A DNA stretch of 64,000 bases from an uncultured Gammaproteobacteria bacterium (GTDB taxonomy: Bacteria; Patescibacteriota; Patescibacteriia; Patescibacteriales; Patescibacteriaceae): the NCBI GenBank assembly GCA_964599395.1, contig CAZRDY010000002.1:189990-253989 (forward strand), written 5' to 3'. Position 1 is the stretch's first letter; each line of letters begins with the position of its first letter. The notes under the pieces were generated by a model, which was not told the origin of the DNA, did not search any database, and saw only the letters and a program-made list of their open reading frames with translations. The position numbers and the translations under genes were made by a program. Below, in pieces: positions 44,851-52,655 of the stretch.

Positions 44851-45795
44851 TTATATTATTTGAGCGGCGCGCAGCTTTGCGCTGCGGGAGCGAGGATTAT
44901 TTGCAATTTCCTCGCTTGTTGCCATTATTGCTTTTTTAGTTAAAGGTTTAAGCCAAGCTCTGTGATTACAGGCACAGACGGGAAGCTTAGGCGGGCAAAT
45001 ACAATCACGAGCCTCTTGTCTGAAAAAATGTTTCACTATTCTGTCCTCAAGACTATGAAATGAAACTATGACGATTCTCGCACCCGGTGACAGAACTTCT
45101 TTTGCTTCATTGAGAACCGCGCTGAGATTTTCCAGTTCTTTATTAGTCGCAATCCTAAATGCTTGAAACGTCCTGGTCGCGAAATGAATTTTCATACGCT
45201 TATACGATGCAGGTACGGCTTGAGCAATCGCATCAACTAATTGCTTAGTTGTAGTGATCGGCGCCACACGTCTCTTAGCAACAATTGATTGCGCAATTTT
45301 GTAAGCGTAGTGTTCTTCTCCTAAGTCGCGAATAATCGCAGTCAGTTCAGCCAATGGTTTTAAATTGACAAGACCTTCGGTGCGACGGTCAGAGACTACC
45401 GAACCAAAAGCCATGCTGAGCGGAGAGTCGGTTTGAAAAGAAAATCCTCTGCTTTGATCATCAAGCTGAGCTGATGATAATCCCAAGTCAAGGACCAGCC
45501 CGGCAGGCCGAATATTTGTTGCTTCGGCAAGCTGAGTTAGTTCTCGAAAATTTGCATGAACTAGAACAATATTTTTAATGCCCTCACGGGCAATCTTTAA
45601 TTTGGCGTTGTTAATGGCGCTTTCATCCATATCAGTCGCAATCACTTTTCCTGTCGGCCCAACTAAGCGTGAAATTTCAAAGGTATATCCTCCCGCGCCC
45701 AGAGTTCCGTCAATAATACATTCTCCTGGTTGCGGATTTAGATACTGCATCGCCTCCTTAAGCATAACTGGCGTGTGGCGGTACATACTATTCAT
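44851..45795 (-). CDS. rsmH: 16S rRNA m4C1402 methyltransferase
   Basis: HTPVMLKEAMQYL, IDGTLGAGGY, DLGLSSAQLD. ATG at 45795 (MNSMYRH) avoids overlap with mraZ; the ORF-track start at 45867 is too long. Confidence 0.9.
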   Translation of the reverse strand: MNSMYRHTPVMLKEAMQYLNPQPGECIIDGTLGAGGYTFEISRLVGPTGKVIATDMDESAINNAKLKIAREGIKNIVLVHANFRELTQLAEATNIRPAGLVLDLGLSSAQLDDQSRGFSFQTDSPLSMAFGSVVSDRRTEGLVNLKPLAELTAIIRDLGEEHYAYKIAQSIVAKRRVAPITTTKQLVDAIAQAVPASYKRMKIHFATRTFQAFRIATNKELENLSAVLNEAKEVLSPGARIVIVSFHSLEDRIVKHFFRQEARDCICPPKLPVCACNHRAWLKPLTKKAIMATSEEIANNPRSRSAKLRAAQII

Positions 45796-45797
45796 TT

Positions 45798-46223
45798 CTA
45801 AATATCTCCCAAAGCTTCCGCAATCTGATTGCTTTGTTTCTCGGTGGCTTTTTTGTAACTGTTCCAAGCATTCTCATCCCAAATTTCCAATCTGGTGTAT
45901 AGACCAGCAATCACCGCCTTCTTATTCAACTTAGCAAAGCTGCGTAAATAATCAGGCAAAGTAATTCGTCCTTGGTTGTCAAAATCCGCTTCAACCGCAC
46001 CCGCCAGAATAAAGCGAGCCAAGCTTCTGTCATTGGTTTTATTAAATGGCAGTGCGGAAATCTTTGCGGCCAATTTCTCCCATTCTTTTTTTGTGTAGAG
46101 AACCAAACAATTATCCAAGCCCTTGGCCACAACTGCACCGCCCCGTAATAATTGACGGAACTTGGCAGGAACGGCCAGCCGTCCTTTATCATCAAGCGTG
46201 TGATTATATTCTCCAATAAACAT
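45798..46223 (-). CDS. mraZ: Transcriptional regulator MraZ
   Basis: MFIGEYNHTLDDKGRLAVPAKFR plus a second SpoVT/AbrB-like half with DNQGRITLP. Confidence 0.9.
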   Translation of the reverse strand: MFIGEYNHTLDDKGRLAVPAKFRQLLRGGAVVAKGLDNCLVLYTKKEWEKLAAKISALPFNKTNDRSLARFILAGAVEADFDNQGRITLPDYLRSFAKLNKKAVIAGLYTRLEIWDENAWNSYKKATEKQSNQIAEALGDI

Positions 46224-46249
46224 CTTAATATGGGAGCGGGAGTGGACTT

Positions 46250-46275
46250 ATCCACAATTCCCCACTTTTCCCCTT
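46250..46275 (-). promoter_or_regulatory. Candidate MraZ operator: three G-rich boxes at 10-bp spacing
   Basis: Minus strand reads AAGGGGaaaaGTGGGGaattGTGGAT. The middle box sits in AAAGTGGGG. The last box forms the palindrome GTGGA-taag-TCCAC. Confidence 0.5.
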
Positions 46276-46284
46276 TACTATTTA

Positions 46285-46313
46285 ATTTTACACCATTTTT
46301 CCACACGGGTCAA
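46285..46313 (-). promoter_or_regulatory. Sigma70-type promoter of the mraZ (dcw) operon
   Basis: Minus strand reads TTGACC (46313-46308), a 17-nt spacer, then TAAAAT (46290-46285). Confidence 0.6.
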
Positions 46314-46402
46314 TCATTTTACACCAGTCGTTTTTTATACAGATTCCTTAATATTTTTGCAGAAAATAAAAAACGCCCGGCACTTATGCACAGGTGTTGA
46401 AA

Positions 46403-46774
46403 TTATAGAAGTGAACAATATATCAAACTCTTCTTTTTGGTAATAGCTGGCTCCTTAGAGTATTCGGGACTAACCAGTTTAGTTCTCCCCTTTCCCGGCG
46501 TCGAGACGGCGACGCCCAACGCGTAGCTTAAAGCGTTGGCAGTAGCTACTCCAATGCGCAAAGCGGTAAAACCTTCACCCTTACTTTCTACAATAATCTG
46601 TTTTATATCATTTATATTATTCTTTGTCTTTAGAAGCATGGCTTCTATTTCAGGCAATAGTTTTTCAGCTTGACGATGTGCCGCTTCAAATTCTTTACGT
46701 GCCACAACAGATTTACCTGAACGAAGTTCAAGAATAATGCTGACATGACTAGCGGTGCTGATATAGAGTTTCAT
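46403..46774 (-). CDS. TsaB (YeaZ)-like protein, N-terminal domain only
   Basis: 123 aa. KGEGFTALRIGVATANALSYALGVAV corresponds to the GPGSFTGLRIG segment of TsaB. Confidence 0.55.
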   Translation of the reverse strand: MKLYISTASHVSIILELRSGKSVVARKEFEAAHRQAEKLLPEIEAMLLKTKNNINDIKQIIVESKGEGFTALRIGVATANALSYALGVAVSTPGKGRTKLVSPEYSKEPAITKKKSLIYCSLL

Positions 46775-46802
46775 ACCACAACTTTATCATAATTAAGGGT
46801 AT

Positions 46803-46833
46803 TTAAAAAGCTCGTACACAATTGTACGAGCTT
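46803..46833 (-). terminator. Intrinsic terminator of the lipoprotein gene
   Basis: AAGCTCGTACA-attg-TGTACGAGCTT (11-bp stem) followed by TTTTT on the minus strand. Confidence 0.7.
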
Positions 46834-46878
46834 ACCTAATTTTTTAGGATTTATTTAAAGAGCAGTAGCTGCTAAAGC

Positions 46879-48054
46879 TTAAAGTTCGGTATTAATTCCC
46901 CGAGCTTTTGCTTCTTCAACTGTAACAAATTCCGCCTGTCCACCGGGATAGAGCGGCTGAATAACAACAAATACAAGAGCATCTTCAGCCTGGATATACC
47001 ACATTGAGTTAGTGATATTAACACCAGGAATTCTTATTTTTACTTTATTGTCAGGACCAATGGAGCTCATTAATACGCTTCCATCACCCCAACCTGAGCT
47101 TGGTACCATTGACATGTTAACTGTAGTGTAACCGCCGGTGGTAGCCCATTGATATTGAGGAGTATGGTTCCATGCAAAATTGCCGCTTTTTACGTTTATA
47201 TGTAATGCAACGTTAAGAGCATTGAATGACAATCTTAAATTACCTGTCATGAAGTTATTGTCGCCAACAAAGCCAGGAGCAGTTGGTGCTGTCTGTCCCC
47301 ATCCGTACAATGTTCCATTTCTCACATCAAGCCAAAATAAATTGTCGCTGCCTCCAAGATACTGGAAGTTAACTGAGCGTTCTTTATGTCCCCAAGGTCC
47401 ACCCTGAAATCCGGAAAAGTTTATTTTATCACCACCAATATCATAACTGGTGTCTCTTAAAATAAATCCGCCGCTTACAGTATCACCCGGAGGATTAGCT
47501 ACGCCTGCCCATGGTCTGCCACGATATCCGTAAATCTGAGGAGAAGCTGTAGAACCTGCATCAAGAAACCATTTTGGTAAATATATTGCATTGGCTCTTT
47601 TCCCATTAGCGAGAAGAATGCTGCTGATCAGATAAATATCATTTCCGCTCTGTTGACCGTTAGTTACAACAAGTCGGAACCAAACGGAATCTGCACCACC
47701 GGGGCCGTTTACCTTCATGGTAACAATTATTGTATCCGGTGCCGAGGAGAATGTTCTGGTAAAAGTTTTCATAGTGGAAGTGTCAATAAGTATGCCATTC
47801 CTTTTGAAAGTCCAATACCAGCTGGTTGCATTCAACGACCTGCTGCCGTCAAATACGCCGGTTACTCCAACACCAATGCTTACAAGTCCGCCATTAGGAA
47901 TATCAAGAGAATTTACTGATATAACCGCTCTGACTGTGTTTGGATCATTATTTGAGCCTGAAACATTTTGTATTGTATCTTCTGCACAACCTATCATTAC
48001 GGCTGCAACAAAAAACATGAATACATAGATTAATGAAAAAGTTTTGTTTCTCAT
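46879..48054 (-). CDS. Putative lipoprotein with PKD-like N-terminal domain, unknown function
   Basis: Signal peptide with lipobox-like VMIGC. FDGSRSLNATSWYWTF resembles a PKD-domain core. The rest is a G/W/N-rich beta domain. Confidence 0.6.
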   Translation of the reverse strand: MRNKTFSLIYVFMFFVAAVMIGCAEDTIQNVSGSNNDPNTVRAVISVNSLDIPNGGLVSIGVGVTGVFDGSRSLNATSWYWTFKRNGILIDTSTMKTFTRTFSSAPDTIIVTMKVNGPGGADSVWFRLVVTNGQQSGNDIYLISSILLANGKRANAIYLPKWFLDAGSTASPQIYGYRGRPWAGVANPPGDTVSGGFILRDTSYDIGGDKINFSGFQGGPWGHKERSVNFQYLGGSDNLFWLDVRNGTLYGWGQTAPTAPGFVGDNNFMTGNLRLSFNALNVALHINVKSGNFAWNHTPQYQWATTGGYTTVNMSMVPSSGWGDGSVLMSSIGPDNKVKIRIPGVNITNSMWYIQAEDALVFVVIQPLYPGGQAEFVTVEEAKARGINTEL

Positions 48055-48178
48055 TGTTAATCCCTTTCGTTTATTTTGAGATTGTTTGGTTAATTAAATT
48101 TTCAAAGAATTTAATGGACTAAATTAAGGATTAATTTAAGTTCATTATCCCGCCCCCGTAAAGGAGCGGAGAATGAAT

Positions 48179-49348
48179 TTAAAGTAGGGTTGAGAAACGA
48201 GTGGCAAAAGTCAATGTGGCAACTCGTTTACGCAAATCTTTTGTAATCAAATCGGCGTACAAATTTTCGGTGCTAGTTGTAATGGTCTCCCAATTATATT
48301 CAGTGGCAACACGTTGTTTTGCGGCAAGTCCAAGACTCTCCAGAGCATCGGGATTCGCAAGCGCGAATTTCAATTTGCTGGCCAAGTCAACAGAATCAGT
48401 GTGAGCAAATTCAATGCCGGTATCTTCAATCGCTTCAAGGTTTTCAGGAATATCACTGACGATTGAAACTTTGCCGTAAGACATAGCTTCAAGCAACGCG
48501 ATTGAAAGTCCTTCCAAGTTTGAAGGATGAGCAAATAAGCTTGCATTGGAGAATAACTCTTCCAAGACTTTGCCTTTTTGCGCACCGGTAAAAATAATAT
48601 TAGGATTAGACGCAGCCGCGGCTTTTAAGTTACGTACATAGGTATCAGTAAAAGCTCCGTCGCCGACAATAACCAATTTCTTATCAGTTGTAATCTTGTT
48701 GTACGCATCAACCAAATAGTGAAGTCCTTTGTTTGGGATCAAACGAGAAACCGTTAATATATAATCGTTGCCGGAAAGATTCCAAAGTTTGCTAATCTCA
48801 TCTGCTTCTACGAAAACCGCATTCTTTACGCCGTTTGGAATATATTCCGCATTCGTCTTATAACGATCGTGAGCCAAACGGGTCAATGATTTGGAAATTG
48901 CAATTGTTTTATCCGCATACGCGCAAGCAATACGTTCACCAAACTTAAGATATAAGCGAGCTACAAGGCCCCACTTGTCCTGGCAATAATCTTGACTATG
49001 CACCGTAGCAACAATCTTAGCGCTCGGTTTAATCAAACGAACCAAAGGAATTAATGAAGAGGGCCCGATGCCGTGAAAGTGAACGATATCAACTTTACGG
49101 CGCAGTAAATCTAGGATTGCAAAGAATGTATGAGTAATAGCATCAAAGTTTTTGGTAGCCAAAGTCGGCAGGCTAATTAATCGAACACCTTTATATTCTG
49201 TAAGATTTTTATCGCTGTAGCTTGGACGAGTATATACCGTAACCTCATGACCGCGCTGAACCAGCTCCGTTGAAAGATCTTCAACGTGCTTTTCAACTCC
49301 GCCGCTAACGGCCGGAATGCCTTTTTGTCCGATAAATGCAATTTTCAT
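48179..49348 (-). CDS. GT4-family glycosyltransferase
   Basis: MKIAFIGQKGIPAVSGGVEKHVEDLS and SNLEGLSIALLEAMSYGKVSIVSDIPEN. Confidence 0.85.
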   Translation of the reverse strand: MKIAFIGQKGIPAVSGGVEKHVEDLSTELVQRGHEVTVYTRPSYSDKNLTEYKGVRLISLPTLATKNFDAITHTFFAILDLLRRKVDIVHFHGIGPSSLIPLVRLIKPSAKIVATVHSQDYCQDKWGLVARLYLKFGERIACAYADKTIAISKSLTRLAHDRYKTNAEYIPNGVKNAVFVEADEISKLWNLSGNDYILTVSRLIPNKGLHYLVDAYNKITTDKKLVIVGDGAFTDTYVRNLKAAAASNPNIIFTGAQKGKVLEELFSNASLFAHPSNLEGLSIALLEAMSYGKVSIVSDIPENLEAIEDTGIEFAHTDSVDLASKLKFALANPDALESLGLAAKQRVATEYNWETITTSTENLYADLITKDLRKRVATLTFATRFSTLL

Positions 49349-49412
49349 AATAATGTCTTGTATCAGTTAATTACTGATAATAACATATTTTAATATTTGT
49401 GTCAATAGATAC

Positions 49413-50741
49413 TTATTCAATGAAAAATCCTAGGCTATAGCTATAATTACTGGTTTGACCGATTACTTTGATATCCGTAGCCGAACCTGAGGATAAACGA
49501 GCTGGAACGGTTATTTCTTGGCTAAAACGTCCGTCATAACCTGCAAGGGCAGCGGTTTCAATCCCCCCAAACTTAATGGTTAGATTCTCAAATTTTCCAT
49601 ATCCACCACCACTCAGAATAACCGTTGAACCTGCCGGAGCGCGTGCTTTGTCGATTCGTAAGAATAACGCTTCTGTAATTTCAGGAAACGACTCTTCTTC
49701 AGTAGCACCGATGTAGGCCAAACGAGTACGGTTGGTTTTGATCGGTTGTAATTTTGAATCAAGTAAAATAATAGAAGAGCTGTTAAAGACAACAAGCTGT
49801 TCACCTTCCGGTGTATTCACCGTGCGAATGCCCATCGCCCAACCGTTACCTAACGCTAACTCGCTTGTATAAGTATAATGTAATACCGCTAAATCGCTTT
49901 TACGCAATTTAACAACTCCAATACCATCGGAGAAATAAATGCTCTTTCCATCAGATGATGGGATAACATCGTATCCGAGATTACCGGTGTGCTTAAAACT
50001 TTTTTCAATTTCACCGGCAAAGTTAATTTTACGTACGGCGGTATCATCAACAACATACACCGCGTCATCAAGTCTGTCATTAAATACAGAACGCTTATAC
50101 CATTCACTCCCCCATTTGAAATCCAAAGGAATGGTGGTTTTTTCCACGCGCGATTCGCGATCAAAGATAGAGATACTTGAATTAAAAATGTTAAACAAAA
50201 ACTTATCGCTGCCAGCCGGGCTTATATTATAGGTGTTGTTGCCACGGTTCTTAACATTATAAGAATCAACTACCGTCATGTCATTACTCCACACCTTAAC
50301 TCCGTTTGAACCGATCGTAGCTAATTTTCCACCAACAACAGTTACGCCACCAAACCAATCCCAAGAGCCGTCTTCAACACGGTTAACGCGATTTGCTTGC
50401 TTTAAGTTACTGATATCGTATTTCTGCAATGAACGTCCATCAACTGCATAAGCAAACAAACGACCATTTTCCGAGCGCAAAGCTACTTCATAAAAGTCAG
50501 CCGGCGCATTAAAGCGCAAGTTGGTTGATTTGAATGAAACGAACTTAACCGGAACTTGACCAGGTTCAGCTTTAAACAACTCAAGTGCTCCGGTGTTAGT
50601 CGTAGCAATAACGATGTTACCGGAATAATATGTCACAGCGCCGGAGTGATAAGATTTAAGCTTAGTTTCCGCACCAGAAATCGGTGCCAAACTTGCTGCA
50701 ATCAACCCCGCAACTGCTACTGAAAATAATAGCTTTTTCAT
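49413..50741 (-). CDS. Secreted beta-propeller-like protein with C-terminal Ig/IPT-like domain
   Basis: ATG 50741 gives signal peptide MKKLLFSVAVAGLIAASLAPISG. Repetitive beta-strand pattern. C-terminus STVILSGGGYGKFENLTIKFGG. Fold call is tentative. Confidence 0.55.
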   Translation of the reverse strand: MKKLLFSVAVAGLIAASLAPISGAETKLKSYHSGAVTYYSGNIVIATTNTGALELFKAEPGQVPVKFVSFKSTNLRFNAPADFYEVALRSENGRLFAYAVDGRSLQKYDISNLKQANRVNRVEDGSWDWFGGVTVVGGKLATIGSNGVKVWSNDMTVVDSYNVKNRGNNTYNISPAGSDKFLFNIFNSSISIFDRESRVEKTTIPLDFKWGSEWYKRSVFNDRLDDAVYVVDDTAVRKINFAGEIEKSFKHTGNLGYDVIPSSDGKSIYFSDGIGVVKLRKSDLAVLHYTYTSELALGNGWAMGIRTVNTPEGEQLVVFNSSSIILLDSKLQPIKTNRTRLAYIGATEEESFPEITEALFLRIDKARAPAGSTVILSGGGYGKFENLTIKFGGIETAALAGYDGRFSQEITVPARLSSGSATDIKVIGQTSNYSYSLGFFIE

Positions 50742-50796
50742 AGTTTTTGTTAACAATTTATTGATAAATGTAATGGTTTAACTTACCATAATAGCT

Positions 50797-50826
50797 AAAA
50801 AAAGTCAAGCCCCAGAGCGGGGCTTG
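50797..50826 (-). terminator. Intrinsic terminator
   Basis: CAAGCCCC-5-nt loop-GGGGCTTG (8-bp stem) followed by a run of 7 T on the minus strand. Confidence 0.7.
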
Positions 50827-50849
50827 AAATTCATATAAGAATTCTTCTC

Positions 50850-52619
50850 TTATTGCTCGGTTGGCTCAACAATGCCCTTACCGCTTGCTTTTGTATCTGA
50901 CTCTATATTTGTTGTAATATTAGCCAATTTTTTCATAATCTGCGCATCTGTATAGCTATCCTTTGCCGTAAATTGAATAGTATTTACCAGGTTTGGCACA
51001 GTACCCAACTCTGACTCACCCGGCACTATACTAACGGCGAAACTCAATCGATAGTTACCGCCCGTTTTAGGGATAGAATCGATATTCCACAACACTCTGC
51101 GCCCTACCGGTGAATAGGACACTACACCAGCGACTACGCTTGTTTGATCAAGCCACACAACATTAGCAGGAAGATCAGCTGTTAATTGAAAACGAGACAA
51201 ATCATTCCCTAAATTGTTAGCCTCCCAAATAATCCAATAAGTTGTTGGGATACCAACCTTTGGCGGAATCGGCCCGATACCAAGTTGATCACCTTGCGGT
51301 CCGTAATAATAGCCCGCAGAATTAACCGTAAGATTTGAATCAATTTTCAAAACAGGCAGTGCAATCTCATACGCATACTCTTTGTCATTCATACGATATG
51401 AAACCTGCAGAGAAATATTAAGAAAATCATTTAAGACTATTTCTTTGCGATCAAGTTGAATAGACGATTCAAATCGACCACTCTCCCCTGCTTTCAAATC
51501 TTGATTATACGCAAGAGCATTATCACGAAGAGAAAAATTACCACTGACTAAATTAAAACTTTTAATACTCGCGGTGCTTCGACGACTTTCTGCTTTAAAC
51601 GATAAATCAGAGATTGTCGCTGACTCACTGTTGCGGAATGCAACACTTAATCCCAATGCCGATCCTGAAAATGATGTATTTTTAAAACTTGCAGTAACCC
51701 CTAGGCTGGGTTCAAGTACTGAAACGCGGTGACTACTAATAGTCTGATTAAGTTTCACGGTATTAATTAGTAAACTTGAGTTGATACTGAAGTCAATTTC
51801 AGTCAAAGCGGGCTGCATAGTCAAAGCAGAAAAAGCAATATGTTTGGTTTCCCCAGCTTTAAGGAGTGGAATTAAAATTGCGTTATTTTCAAAGGTTTCA
51901 TTATCCGGCGTAATATTCCATCCCCCACTAAAGCTCAAACTGACATTGTGTAGCGCCGCTTGCCCGGTATTCTTAACATCAACTGATGCACTGAAAGGGA
52001 TCCCGCGATACGCAGTTTCGGGGATAGTTACATTAAGTTCAATCACAGAGGCATCAATTGAATAGACCAGGGAACTCAATACTTGTTTTTTAAAATTTTT
52101 ATTCTGGTATGTTAGATTAAGTCCAAAGAATTGACGTTCGCTGATTTCTCCTTGGACAATTCCTAAGATACGGACTTCACCGCGCGCACCATTGGCAAGA
52201 TCGCCAAGACTAAAGGTGTTTGATTCTTTATTAAAACTATTACTTGGTGCCGAGTCTTCAAGGACAAAATGCTTGGGCAAATCAATCTCGAGTGTCGCGC
52301 CATTAATTGCATTACCTTCGTCGTTCTTATAATTGATAATAAATTCTTGCGTCTCTCCGCTTACAATACGCGCTGAAGCAGTACGGACTTCAAGCTCAAA
52401 CTCTGAACGGGGCTGCCATAAAACAAGCCAAATAAAAGTAATAACCAAACCAAGTAAGATGCCGGCCAAAATCAAGTCTGCCCAAAAGTGAAAATAACTA
52501 TCACGGTAATGACGTACATGCCGATTTTTCAAAATCTGGATAAGCAGATTAAGCTTTTGTACAATTATATTCTTTTGAATGACTGGCGCATCAGCGGCAG
52601 CACTTATTTTTCTTGACAT
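50850..52619 (-). CDS. Membrane-anchored surface protein with DUF11/CARDB-like beta-sandwich repeats
   Basis: One TM (ADLILAGILLGLVITFIWLVLW), then several ~100-aa segments of the type GETQEFIINYKNDEGNAINGATLEIDLP. ATG 52619 is preferred over TTG 52643. Confidence 0.55.
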   Translation of the reverse strand: MSRKISAAADAPVIQKNIIVQKLNLLIQILKNRHVRHYRDSYFHFWADLILAGILLGLVITFIWLVLWQPRSEFELEVRTASARIVSGETQEFIINYKNDEGNAINGATLEIDLPKHFVLEDSAPSNSFNKESNTFSLGDLANGARGEVRILGIVQGEISERQFFGLNLTYQNKNFKKQVLSSLVYSIDASVIELNVTIPETAYRGIPFSASVDVKNTGQAALHNVSLSFSGGWNITPDNETFENNAILIPLLKAGETKHIAFSALTMQPALTEIDFSINSSLLINTVKLNQTISSHRVSVLEPSLGVTASFKNTSFSGSALGLSVAFRNSESATISDLSFKAESRRSTASIKSFNLVSGNFSLRDNALAYNQDLKAGESGRFESSIQLDRKEIVLNDFLNISLQVSYRMNDKEYAYEIALPVLKIDSNLTVNSAGYYYGPQGDQLGIGPIPPKVGIPTTYWIIWEANNLGNDLSRFQLTADLPANVVWLDQTSVVAGVVSYSPVGRRVLWNIDSIPKTGGNYRLSFAVSIVPGESELGTVPNLVNTIQFTAKDSYTDAQIMKKLANITTNIESDTKASGKGIVEPTEQ

Positions 52620-52655
52620 AGGCGTATCACTATATTGTAGCAAAGTTAGTTAATA

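Noticed and set aside
45926-46306. 126-aa minus-strand ORF overlapping mraZ out of frame and extending across its promoter
   Set aside because: mraZ is unambiguous (MFIGEYNHTLDDKGRL). The alternative frame would start upstream of the -10 element.
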